NCBI GenBank assembly: GCA_048941285.1
Contig: JBHLNS010000039.1
Coordinates: forward strand, 1 to 31,452
DNA length: 31,452 nucleotides
Reading direction: 5' to 3'
Source: Promethearchaeota archaeon
Lineage (GTDB): Archaea; Asgardarchaeota; Lokiarchaeia; Sigyniarchaeales; SOKP01
In this document: positions 1 through 9,324 of the stretch, one piece after another
Position numbering within the stretch: the stretch's first letter is position 1
Layout: each line of letters starts with the position of its first letter
Program-made: the position numbers and the translations under genes
Notes under the pieces: model-generated
The model's input: only the letters and a program-made list of their open reading frames with translations
What the model was told of the DNA's origin: nothing
The model's database searches: none

Positions 1-1583
1 GCCTCCTTTAGTATTGAAGCTTCAACTTCTGATTTAAGTCTACCTACGGCTAATGCTCCAGTTCCGCTTATAGTTGGATAAATTTCTTTATTATTATCTT
101 TAGGCTTTAAACCCTCGATTCCGTAAGGGGGTACTAAATTAATATCTATTACAATTTTATTTTTTAGTTTGGCCATAAGTTCTTTTGATAATACCTGAAC
201 CCCTACTGCTGCTAGGGACCATATAATATCTGCATTTTTTATTATTTCTAACTTTTTTTCGTCGCTAGTCGCAAAAACACCAATAATTTTATTTTCTCCA
301 ACTTCTTGGTTTAATTCCTTAACTAAATTTTTTATGAATTCCTCATTTGATTCTGCCCAAGTTTCTACTAAAAACGTTTTACAATCTAATTTTGCTGCGA
401 TTATAGAGGCAATTCTCGCAACTGGACCTGCTCCTAAAATTACCACTTTTTTATCTTTTAAATCATAGATATCATTTCCTTTAGCAACTTCCATCGTTTT
501 TGCAACTACAGAAGAAGCTGTTGTGTGTGAGCCACGAGGATCTATTATTACTGGGCATTCAAATGGTGGTACTAAAGATTCAACAACTTTCTTGGCAATT
601 TTTTCTCCTTCTTTTACATTTGATCCTCCAATAAAGAAAGTGGTAGGTGCGTTTGGCTTACGGGAAAAGATTGCATCCTGTACAAGTTTTGGAACTTTAT
701 CAGCAGTCATCCTACTAATAGGTATAACAACATCAAAATTTGCATCATAAGCCATATTTATATCAAAAGGAGAAGCATTATCATCAGTATCAAAAAAATA
801 GCAAATCTTTTCTAATGACTCCTTTTTTTTTATTTTAATCGGAGTTAATTCAAGTATACTTTTTCCAATTATATTTTTGATTGAATTAGAACCCGGATTA
901 TTTATTATTTTAGCAGACCTTTGGATTTTAATTTCTTCAGTTTCGATACCTAATTCTTCTGTTAATTTTCTTATTCCTTCAAAGTGTCTTGAATCACAGA
1001 TAAAAAATGCTTTTAAATTTTTTTCTATCATTTGTTTCGCAAATTTTAGAATTCCCATCATCATCCAAGCTTCCCGTACATTATATCTTATTTCATTTTC
1101 TTGAAATTCATATTCTTGCTGCAAATATTCTTTCCATAATACCATCCTTTGAAATTCAAAATCATCTTTTGGAATTTTTTCTTCCAATTTCTTTTTAGAA
1201 TCTTCAATCGTTTCGATTAATTGTTTTATAAGCTGTCTTTGGTCTTCTAAATTTGAGGAAAGGTAATTTTCTGCGTTCTCTGAAATATCCACCATATTAT
1301 ATGGGATATTATTATTTCTAAATAGGCTTTCTAATGGGTCTTCATTAGAGATTGTATCTTCCCAGCGACTTCCCCTCTCTTCGATTGCAAAGTCAGGATT
1401 ATATTTAGCAATAAGCTTTTCAATTAGATTAAGATATTCTCTTGAGATAAGGTGTAATGTCCACACTAAGTCGTGCTTTTTCTGTGCTGTTGGTTCAAAC
1501 CACCAATCTATTGGAAATTCACTTTCTATTAATAATAATTTTAAATTTTTGTTTTTTAAAGGTTTTAATTCTAAAACTTCCAT
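1..1583 (-). CDS. Fusion of an uncharacterised N-terminal domain (~240 aa) and an NAD(P)-dependent methylene-H4MPT/H4F dehydrogenase (MtdA/MtdB family); runs off the left edge of the window
   Basis: Hand-translated open frame from ATG 1583 to position 1 with no stop, so absent from the ORF track. The C-terminal part has Mtd motifs SPFDINMAYDA, VQDAIFSR, DPRGSHTTAS, the Rossmann ILGAGPVA, DINLVPPYGI and GALAVGRLK. Confidence 0.85.
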   Translation of the reverse strand, partial: MEVLELKPLKNKNLKLLLIESEFPIDWWFEPTAQKKHDLVWTLHLISREYLNLIEKLIAKYNPDFAIEERGSRWEDTISNEDPLESLFRNNNIPYNMVDISENAENYLSSNLEDQRQLIKQLIETIEDSKKKLEEKIPKDDFEFQRMVLWKEYLQQEYEFQENEIRYNVREAWMMMGILKFAKQMIEKNLKAFFICDSRHFEGIRKLTEELGIETEEIKIQRSAKIINNPGSNSIKNIIGKSILELTPIKIKKKESLEKICYFFDTDDNASPFDINMAYDANFDVVIPISRMTADKVPKLVQDAIFSRKPNAPTTFFIGGSNVKEGEKIAKKVVESLVPPFECPVIIDPRGSHTTASSVVAKTMEVAKGNDIYDLKDKKVVILGAGPVARIASIIAAKLDCKTFLVETWAESNEEFIKNLVKELNQEVGENKIIGVFATSDEKKLEIIKNADIIWSLAAVGVQVLSKELMAKLKNKIVIDINLVPPYGIEGLKPKDNNKEIYPTISGTGALAVGRLKSEVEASILKE

Positions 1584-2212
1584 TAATTAATCTCCTCCTG
1601 TTTTATAATAATATATGGGAAATTGTGAAAATTATTCAATTCATAAACAATCACTTCTATATGAAGCTCTCTAAATTGTTTAGTTAATTCTGCCAGAGTT
1701 CCCTCGTGGAAAAAATGGATAAGAGACAATTTTTCATTTTTATGTAATCTTGCTATGTCCAAGATTTTTTTGACAATCCATTGTGGTCTTGTTTTCGTTT
1801 CTAGAACCGTTTTGTCATGACTAACTTCCTTTTTAAGAACTTCAATCCAGGAATTTAAATTTAATGCTTTAAAAGAATTTTTATCGTTCAAGTTTCTATA
1901 TTCTGACGATAACGTTTTTATTTGATTTTCCTTCTTATTTATCTCGTTAAAAAGATAACCATATGCATACTCAGGTATATCTAATAAGTGAAATTCTAAA
2001 TTTAAAGCATTTAAAATAATTGAAAGATTCGAATTTTTAAACTCTTTGAAGTTTTCATTGTTTGTCTCAACTGTGATAAATGAAATTTTATTAGTTTCTA
2101 CCAATTCCTTTAATGCATCAATATCATTATGCTGAAGACTAATCCTAATTTTATCTATTAAATAGATGGTAATCTCTTTATTTTTTATTGGTTTTAATTC
2201 TAATACTTCCAT
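1583..2212 (-). CDS. Hypothetical protein, paralogous to the N-terminal domain of the downstream Mtd fusion
   Basis: 209-aa ORF whose stop overlaps the next ATG (TAATG). Shares MEVLELKPxKNK, LDIPEYAYGYL/VDISENAENYL and RPQWIV/REAWMM segments with the next gene. Confidence 0.8.
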   Translation of the reverse strand: MEVLELKPIKNKEITIYLIDKIRISLQHNDIDALKELVETNKISFITVETNNENFKEFKNSNLSIILNALNLEFHLLDIPEYAYGYLFNEINKKENQIKTLSSEYRNLNDKNSFKALNLNSWIEVLKKEVSHDKTVLETKTRPQWIVKKILDIARLHKNEKLSLIHFFHEGTLAELTKQFRELHIEVIVYELNNFHNFPYIIIKQEEIN

Positions 2213-2987
2213 TTTACCTTCCTTCTTTTTTGTTTTTTATTAATATATCTCATTATAGCTATCATACCTTCATAAGATGAACCCATTTCATCTTTTTGAG
2301 CTATGAGGTTAACTCTAATTATATTATAATTTAAATAGAATTTAAATAGTTTGATAAGAAAAATCTTTATCATTTTGACAATTTTACTTTTCAAAATTCA
2401 ATTTTAGATAGTTTTTGTTTTCATAGAATATATTGAATATTTTAACTGTCTATGAAAATAATTAATTTTAAAAAATTCAAATTGAAAAAAAAAATTGTCA
2501 AATTTTTTGACAAATAAATAATTCCAACATTTTAATTATCTTTTGATCATAATTAACAATCATAGAAGGGCTAATTTCAACTTATATAGTGTTTTTTATT
2601 CAAAAAGGCGATTCAATTCAATAAATTTTTAAATTATTATAAACAAAAATAGACAAATCTGTCTGCAATAACATTACATATCTGTAAATTTTGCTAAATA
2701 TTTTATATATTTTTATAATAATGATAAATAGTATTTACAAATCAAAAATATAATTATCTAATTCCATCATAATTCCTTCTAAAATTGAATTATTCTCTTA
2801 CTAACAAAACCAAAATATTTGATTTCTAGCACTGGGATACCATAAAAGATCAATTAAATGATAGAAATAGGTAACTATGTGCAAGAATTTTTAAATATAG
2901 AATACCTTCTTCATCTTAGGAATAGATCATTTTGAAAAATTATCTTAACAATGAGGAAACGAAATTTTCAATATTATTAAAAAAAAA

Positions 2988-3155
2988 ATGGGTGATGTAA
3001 ATATCTTAATAGAAAAGAAAGAAATGAAAGAATTTTGTAATAAGTGTGGGGCATTTCTAGAAAATAAAGATTATGTATACAGGCGTAGAGCGCCTAATGT
3101 TAGAACGTATGTATGTTCTAAATGTGGGTACTATGAATGTTATATTGAGGATTAA
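2988..3155 (+). CDS. Small zinc-ribbon protein (55 aa)
   Basis: Hand translation gives MGDVNILIEKKEMKEFCNKCGAFLENKDYVYRRRAPNVRTYVCSKCGYYECYIED*, with two CxxCG knuckles. The stop abuts the start of the next gene. Confidence 0.7.
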   Translation: MGDVNILIEKKEMKEFCNKCGAFLENKDYVYRRRAPNVRTYVCSKCGYYECYIED

Positions 3156-4412
3156 TTGTCAATGTCATCTTATATTAACCATAAAATTAAAACTGATAAT
3201 TTAGATCGTCAAATTTTAGTAAAAAATATTAAAAATGTTATAGCATCGTCAAATTTTTGTTATGCATGCAATCGATGTGTAAATGTGTGTCCACTTTCGC
3301 ACTTGAACTTGTTTTTTCCACGAAAATTAGTGGGGGACTTAATTTTTTCTTCCGTGGGAGACGTTATAAATAATCATAATGTATGGGATTGTCTTACTTG
3401 TGGTCAATGCACAATTTATTGTCCAATGAGTCAAGAGAATGATGGCATAAATATACCCGAATTAATTTTAGAATTGAGAAAGGTTTCGAGGAATGATCAA
3501 ATACAAATGAATAAAGTTGTTCAATGTGAACCTCATAATCAAATTCTTCCACAAATCTGGAATATAATGGCAGATAATCTGATAAAACCAAATAAATTAG
3601 ATTTTTTAAAAGGGAAGAGTATAAAAACTCAGGAATCAGGAGAGATTGCTTACTTTATTGGATGTTTACCATTAATGGAAGAAATATTTTATAGTTTAAA
3701 TCTTAAATACACTAATATACCGATTACAATAATAGGCTTACTTAATGAAGCTGGTATTATACCAGTAGTTTTAAATGAAAAATGCTGTGGACATGACATT
3801 TTATGGGGCAAGGGAGATATTGAGACATTTAAAAAGTTTGCTGAATATAACTTTCAGCTTTATAGAAACGCTGGAGTAAAGACTGTTATTGTTGGCTGCG
3901 CTGAAGGATATAGAACTTGGAAATTTGATTATCCAAAAATAATAGACAATTTTGATTTTAAAGTAATGCATTTTTCTGAATTTTTTCTTGAAGAAAATAT
4001 TCTTAAAAATGTAAGGTTTCCTTATACACCTGATATCAAAGTGACATATCATGACTCTTGTCGGTTAGGGCGGTTAGCAGATAAACTATATAATATCCCA
4101 AGGGAAATAATTAAACAAATTCCAGGAGTAAAGTTAATTGAAATGGAAAATATTAAAGATGATGCTAATTGTTGTGGAGTTTCAGCATTTTCAAATTGCA
4201 ATGAATACACTCATATTTTAAGGAGAAACCGTATAAATGAAGCTATTAAAACAAATGCAGATTACTTAATAGTTCCTTGCCCTAAATGCCTAACACATTT
4301 TAATTGTTATATAAATGAACTTTCATTAAATAAAGAAAATAATGAATTAAAAAATAAAATAGAGGTAATAGATTTAGCAAGTCTTATTGGAAAGCTGTTA
4401 ATGCTTTTTTAA
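3156..4412 (+). CDS. hdrD: HdrD/GlpC-like Fe-S oxidoreductase (2x[4Fe-4S] plus two CCG domains)
   Basis: CYACNRCVNVCP and CLTCGQCTIYCP ferredoxin motifs; CCG-domain motifs EKCCGH, GCAEG, YHDSCRLGR, NCCG, PCPKC. Confidence 0.8.
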   Translation: MSMSSYINHKIKTDNLDRQILVKNIKNVIASSNFCYACNRCVNVCPLSHLNLFFPRKLVGDLIFSSVGDVINNHNVWDCLTCGQCTIYCPMSQENDGINIPELILELRKVSRNDQIQMNKVVQCEPHNQILPQIWNIMADNLIKPNKLDFLKGKSIKTQESGEIAYFIGCLPLMEEIFYSLNLKYTNIPITIIGLLNEAGIIPVVLNEKCCGHDILWGKGDIETFKKFAEYNFQLYRNAGVKTVIVGCAEGYRTWKFDYPKIIDNFDFKVMHFSEFFLEENILKNVRFPYTPDIKVTYHDSCRLGRLADKLYNIPREIIKQIPGVKLIEMENIKDDANCCGVSAFSNCNEYTHILRRNRINEAIKTNADYLIVPCPKCLTHFNCYINELSLNKENNELKNKIEVIDLASLIGKLLMLF

Positions 4413-4466
4413 TTTACACTTGAAAAGGAGAAGTTTAAGCTTAAAATATTTTAGGAGCTATGATAA

Positions 4467-7400
4467 ATGTCAAGGTTATGGAGTAGTGTTTTGGTTATCG
4501 GAGGAGGAATCTCAGGGATACAAGCCTCCTTAGATCTAACAAAGTTAGGATTTAAGGTATATTTAGTCGAAATCAAACCAACAATAGGAGGTACTATGGC
4601 CCAATTAGATAAGATATATCCTACTCTTGATTGTAGTTTATGCATTCTAGCTCCAAAAATGGTTGATATATATAGAAATCCAAATATTGAGCTATATACT
4701 TACTCGTACGTTAAAAACATTAGAGGAACAGCTGGTGATTATACAATAACGATTATTAAAAAGCCGAGATATTTAAAAGAAGATCTCTGTAAAGGATGTG
4801 GAGATTGTGGCGAAATCTGTCCCATAAGGGGAATTCCTAGTGAATTTGATACTCATTTAAAAACTCGAAGTGCTATATATATTCCTTTTCCATCTTCAGT
4901 GCCTCCGATATATCTTATTGATGATAAAAAATGTTTATATTTAAATTATAGAATATGTGGACTGTGTGCTAAAGCTTGTAATGCAGATGCAATAGATTTT
5001 TTACAAAAACCAGAAGAAATAAATTTGAGAGTGGGGGCTATTGTTATTGCTACAGGATATAATCAAGAAATGCCAGAAAATTATAATTCTTTTGCTGGAT
5101 CTTCCCCTAATGTTCTATCTAATATGCAATTTGAGCGCCTTTTATCAGCCAATGGGCCTACTGGTGGTAAAATCATAAGATTGGATGATAAAAAGCATCC
5201 TCATTCGATAGCTTTTATACAATGTGTAGGGTCTAGAAATGTTCATCATCCTGAATGTAAAAAATACTGTTCTGCCATATGTTGTATGAATTCAGCTAAA
5301 GAAGCAATAGTTGTCAAAGAACATGATCCCATGATAGACTGTTATATTTTTAATACAGAAATTAGAGCAAAAGGAAAAAACTTTTACGAATTTATTGAAA
5401 AAAGTAAGAATGAATATAGTGTTAAATATGTAAACGGTCATGTTTCATATATAAAAGAAAATTTAGATAACGGTAAATTAAAGTTATTTTATGAAGATAT
5501 CGATAAAGAAAAAGTTGAAACTTTTGAAGTGGATATGGCTATATTAGCTAGTGCACTATCTCCACCTCCTTCGTATTATGAGTTATTAAAAAAGCTCAAT
5601 TTGAAATGTGATGATTTAGGTTATATTAGTGAAAAAGATATAATTTTACTTGAGAAAGAGAATATATTCGTAACTGGCTATTCTAGGAAACCCAATGACA
5701 TTCAAATGGCTGTTGCTGAGGGTTCTGCATGTGCTGCAAAAATTAGTGAGAAATTGTATCCTGTGAGATTTCAGAATATTATAAAATTAACGTATCCTCC
5801 AGAAATACCCGTAAAGCCAGAAGATCAACCTCGTGTAGGTGTTTTAGTTTGTCGGTGCGGTATTAATATTGGAGGTATTGTTAATGTTCCCGAAGTAGTA
5901 GATTATGTTTCTAATTTGCCATATGTTGTACATGTTGAAGAAAACATGTACTCTTGTAGTTCTGATTCCCAAGAGCGGATTAAGGAATTAATAGTAAACT
6001 ACAATCTTAATAGATTTATAGTTGCTTCCTGTACACCTCGAACTCATGAACAACTTTTTAAAAACACTCTAAGAGAGGCAGGATTAAATCCATTTTTATT
6101 CGAATTAGTAAATATAAGAAACCAGGATTCCTGGGTCCATCAAAAAGAGCCTGAAAAGGCTACTCAAAAAGCATGTGATTTAATAAGAATGCACTTAGCA
6201 AAGGTAATTAACTTAAAACCGTTAGAAACCATTAAAGAAAAAGTTGAAAAATCAGCTTTAATAATTGGTGGGGGAATAGCAGGAATAACAACTGCACATA
6301 ATTTGGCAAATCAGGGATTTGAAATTTATCTTGTAGAGAAGAAGTCTATTCTTGGAGGTGTTGCTCTTGAATTCATTGATTTATATTATATACCTATTAC
6401 GAAAAATGAAATTTTAAAGAAAATTAATGATTTAAAAAACAAATCTAATATTCACATTTTATTAAATTCTGAAATACAAGATATTCAAGGGTATGTTGGA
6501 AATTATCAAGTAAAAATTAAAAACGTTCATGAAAGTTCAAAGCATACAATATTCAATGTAGGTACAATCATAGTATCTACGGGAACTAAGCAAATAAAAA
6601 CAAATAGATGGATAGATCTATCGGAAAAATATCCTAAACGTTTACTAACTCAAACCGAATTAACTGGATTGAAGGATGAAGATATCCCCGAATTTAAAGA
6701 TGCTACAATAATTTTATGTGTAGATCAAAGAAGAGATGAATATAATAATGGAGATAATATAAAAACTTATTGTTCAAATATCTGCTGTGGTGTAGCATTA
6801 AAGAATATTGAAAAGTTATTGACTATCAATCCAAAAGCACATATTCATATTTTATATAGAGAATTTCAATTTTCAGATTTAAATGCGGAAAATCTATGGC
6901 GCAGTCTTCGAAAGAAGGTAACCTATGAAAGATATCGTTCAATTGATGATATCAGAATCAGCGATGAAAATAATCAACTCCATATCTTATATAATAATAT
7001 TAGCGCTCAAACAGATATACAATATGATACTGATTTAATAATATTAGCCACTCCAAAAGTTCCGACTGATGATACTGCACAATTAGCAAAAATGTTAAAA
7101 GTATCAACAAACATAGATGGCTTTTTCTTAGAAGCTGATGCAAAACTTAGGCCAATTGATTTTGCTACTGAAGGGATTTTCCTTTGCGGAGGAGCACATT
7201 GGCCGAAATGGATTGGTGAGACAATAATTCAGGCTTATGCTGCTGCGGGAAGAGCAGCAATAATAATGGTTAAAGGGGAGATAGAAACTGAATGTATTAC
7301 TTCTTATATAAATGAAGAAAAATGTATAGGATGTGGTAAATGTAAGGAGATTTGTCCCTATAATGCTATTGAACTAGTTGAAATTTGTAAAGAGATGGGG

Positions 7401-7580
7401 TTGTATAATATATCTATGAAAAAAGCACGGATAATTAGTGCTGTTTGCAAAGGGTGTGGAGCTTGTGTTGTGGAATGCTCAGTTGGTGCTATTGACCAAA
7501 ATCATTTTAGTAAATTTCAAATTAGCAAAATGATTGACTTATTACCAAGTTTAGATAAAATTGATTATGAAATAGTTTAA
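4467..7580 (+). CDS. hdrA: Heterodisulfide reductase subunit A-like flavoprotein, long form with two FAD-binding modules (Cys form)
   Basis: Two GGGIxG FAD motifs, LDKIYPTLDCSLC, inserted ferredoxin, QCVGSR...CSAICC, an internal VCRCGINI/ASCTPRTHE/IRNQDSWVH domain and a C-terminal 2x[4Fe-4S] domain. Confidence 0.9.
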   Translation: MSRLWSSVLVIGGGISGIQASLDLTKLGFKVYLVEIKPTIGGTMAQLDKIYPTLDCSLCILAPKMVDIYRNPNIELYTYSYVKNIRGTAGDYTITIIKKPRYLKEDLCKGCGDCGEICPIRGIPSEFDTHLKTRSAIYIPFPSSVPPIYLIDDKKCLYLNYRICGLCAKACNADAIDFLQKPEEINLRVGAIVIATGYNQEMPENYNSFAGSSPNVLSNMQFERLLSANGPTGGKIIRLDDKKHPHSIAFIQCVGSRNVHHPECKKYCSAICCMNSAKEAIVVKEHDPMIDCYIFNTEIRAKGKNFYEFIEKSKNEYSVKYVNGHVSYIKENLDNGKLKLFYEDIDKEKVETFEVDMAILASALSPPPSYYELLKKLNLKCDDLGYISEKDIILLEKENIFVTGYSRKPNDIQMAVAEGSACAAKISEKLYPVRFQNIIKLTYPPEIPVKPEDQPRVGVLVCRCGINIGGIVNVPEVVDYVSNLPYVVHVEENMYSCSSDSQERIKELIVNYNLNRFIVASCTPRTHEQLFKNTLREAGLNPFLFELVNIRNQDSWVHQKEPEKATQKACDLIRMHLAKVINLKPLETIKEKVEKSALIIGGGIAGITTAHNLANQGFEIYLVEKKSILGGVALEFIDLYYIPITKNEILKKINDLKNKSNIHILLNSEIQDIQGYVGNYQVKIKNVHESSKHTIFNVGTIIVSTGTKQIKTNRWIDLSEKYPKRLLTQTELTGLKDEDIPEFKDATIILCVDQRRDEYNNGDNIKTYCSNICCGVALKNIEKLLTINPKAHIHILYREFQFSDLNAENLWRSLRKKVTYERYRSIDDIRISDENNQLHILYNNISAQTDIQYDTDLIILATPKVPTDDTAQLAKMLKVSTNIDGFFLEADAKLRPIDFATEGIFLCGGAHWPKWIGETIIQAYAAAGRAAIIMVKGEIETECITSYINEEKCIGCGKCKEICPYNAIELVEICKEMGLYNISMKKARIISAVCKGCGACVVECSVGAIDQNHFSKFQISKMIDLLPSLDKIDYEIV

Positions 7581-7595
7581 TTAGGGTGATCTTTT

Positions 7596-8072
7596 CTGCT
7601 AAAATTAAAAACAAAGGTAAAAAATGAATTTGAACCAAATATTTTAGTTTTTTGCTGCAATTGGTGTAGTTACGCTGGAGCAGACTTAGCAGGGGTATCG
7701 AGGTTTCAATATCCCCCAAATATTAGGATTATAAGAGTTATGTGTTCTAGTAGGGTTGATCCTACATTCATTCTAAGAGCTTTTAATAATGGAATAGATG
7801 GAGTTTTAATTATTGGATGCCATATGGGTGATTGTCATTATATGAAAGGATTTGAATATGCTCAAGTTAGAATGGCTCATTTAAAGAAGTTAATAAAATA
7901 TATTGGTATTGAAGCAGATAGATTTGAACTGCAATCCATTTCAGCAAGTGAGGGAAGGCAATTTTCTGAATTAATTAAAAATTTTACAGAGAAAATTAAA
8001 GAATGTGGAGAATTAAGAATCCCTAAAAAACGTGGTGTATTTGAATTTGAATATAGTTATAATAAGAATTAA
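7596..8072 (+). CDS. mvhD: MvhD [2Fe-2S] subunit (methyl-viologen-reducing hydrogenase delta), Cys form; true start lies upstream of the ORF-track ATG
   Basis: The in-frame upstream sequence reads EFEPNILVFCCNWCSYAGADLAGVSRFQYPPNIRIIRVMCSSRVDP...GCHMGDCHY. The frame opens after TGA 7587. Start is probably CTG 7596, or ATG 7624 with a 1-nt frameshift. Confidence 0.85.
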   Translation: MLKLKTKVKNEFEPNILVFCCNWCSYAGADLAGVSRFQYPPNIRIIRVMCSSRVDPTFILRAFNNGIDGVLIIGCHMGDCHYMKGFEYAQVRMAHLKKLIKYIGIEADRFELQSISASEGRQFSELIKNFTEKIKECGELRIPKKRGVFEFEYSYNKN

Positions 8073-8083
8073 AAAAAGGAATT

Positions 8084-9217
8084 ATGATGACTGAATCAGC
8101 TTATAAAAAAAAATTACAAAATGAAGTAAAAACATTTGAAGATCTTAAATATGAAATAGTTGATAGTAATAAATGCTGTGCATGTGGTGCTTGCATAGCA
8201 TATTGCGAAAGTCAGAGTTTTGATGTTATTAAAATGAAAGGATATATTCCTGAATTTAAATCAAAAAAAAGTGTTGAAAATTGCACTAAATGTGGTATTT
8301 GTTATTTTATTTGCCCTCAAACAAAAGTATTATTAAAAGAATTAAATGAGACTTATTATATTGAAGATAATATTGGAAAAATTGTTAAAATTCTTGCTGC
8401 TAAGACAACTAATACTGGATTAGAAAAAGTTGGACAAGATGGAGGAGTAGTTTCAGCAATTCTAACATATTTATTTGAAAAACATAAAATTGATGCAGCA
8501 ATTGTTTCGGAATTTGACCATAATTTTAAACCCGTTCCAAAAATTATATTTGATAAAAAAGATTTATTTAAATCCGCTGGAACTCGTTATTCTATTTCTC
8601 CTCAAATATTTCCTTTAAAAAATTTATATACTCTACCAAAAGAAATTCTTATAAAGAAGGAGATAATTGATACTGACGAGCTAAGGATAGCATTTATAGG
8701 GACTCCTTGCCAATGCAGAGCTGTCAATAAAATGAAATTTTTAAACGTTAAACCAGCTCATGTAATTAAATATATTATAGGTCTTTTCTGTTTTGAAAAT
8801 TTTATGTATGACAAACTATATGATATTTTAAAAACAGAGGTAAATGTTTATCCTACTGATATCAAGAAAACTTGGATAAAAAAGAATTTCTTTATCCAAA
8901 CTAAAGATGAAAAAGAATTCGAAATCGATATAAAGACTCTAAATCCCGCAGTAAGAAATAATTGTTATGAATGTGATGACTTCACCGGAAGATTTACAGA
9001 TATTAGTGTTGGGGCAACTGGAGCTCCAGGAGGATATTCTATGATACTAAGTAGAACTGATAATGGCAAAAATATAATAAATAGAATGCTTTCACAAGGA
9101 TTAATTGAGCAATTTATTGTTCCATCTAATAGAACAATTGAGTGGAAGAATAAAAAATTGGATTGGTATAAAAAATTAATTTCCTTAAAAATCAGTAATC
9201 ACACTAATATAAAATGA
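8084..9217 (+). CDS. Coenzyme F420 hydrogenase/dehydrogenase beta subunit family (FrhB/FdhB/FpoF-like) with N-terminal ferredoxin
   Basis: CCACGACIAYC, CTKCGICYFICP, GQDGGVVS, AGTRYS, GTPCQ, IGLFCFENF, CYECDDF and DISVG motifs. Confidence 0.85.
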   Translation: MMTESAYKKKLQNEVKTFEDLKYEIVDSNKCCACGACIAYCESQSFDVIKMKGYIPEFKSKKSVENCTKCGICYFICPQTKVLLKELNETYYIEDNIGKIVKILAAKTTNTGLEKVGQDGGVVSAILTYLFEKHKIDAAIVSEFDHNFKPVPKIIFDKKDLFKSAGTRYSISPQIFPLKNLYTLPKEILIKKEIIDTDELRIAFIGTPCQCRAVNKMKFLNVKPAHVIKYIIGLFCFENFMYDKLYDILKTEVNVYPTDIKKTWIKKNFFIQTKDEKEFEIDIKTLNPAVRNNCYECDDFTGRFTDISVGATGAPGGYSMILSRTDNGKNIINRMLSQGLIEQFIVPSNRTIEWKNKKLDWYKKLISLKISNHTNIK

Positions 9218-9253
9218 TGATATAAATTTTTAATAACTTTTATTTTGTATTTT

Positions 9254-9324
9254 TCTGAAAACCCTTACAATGGGTTAGTTTCCTCTCAACTACCATTTTT
9301 TCGAGAGGATCATTCTTTTTCAGA
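9254..9324 (-). promoter_or_regulatory. Candidate SECIS element (structured 3' UTR of the Sec-hdrA)
   Basis: Immediately after the TAA stop: AUGA (9313-9310), then a 9-bp helix UCCUCUCGA/UUGAGAGGA with an A-rich loop AAAAAUGGUAG, enclosed by an 8-bp outer stem UCUGAAAA/UUUUCAGA. Confidence 0.55.

Noticed and set aside
523-1687. Plus-strand ORFs 523-750, 877-1104, 1007-1198 and 1457-1687
   Set aside because: Antisense shadows of the minus-strand Mtd fusion and its upstream gene.
2200-2394. 64-aa minus-strand ORF
   Set aside because: TTG start, AT-rich low-complexity translation, no motif; probably a promoter or leader region.
9215-9220. TGATGA at the end of the FrhB-like gene as possible Sec readthrough
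   Set aside because: The protein is already complete, there is no Cys-equivalent motif, and the downstream translation is low-complexity.
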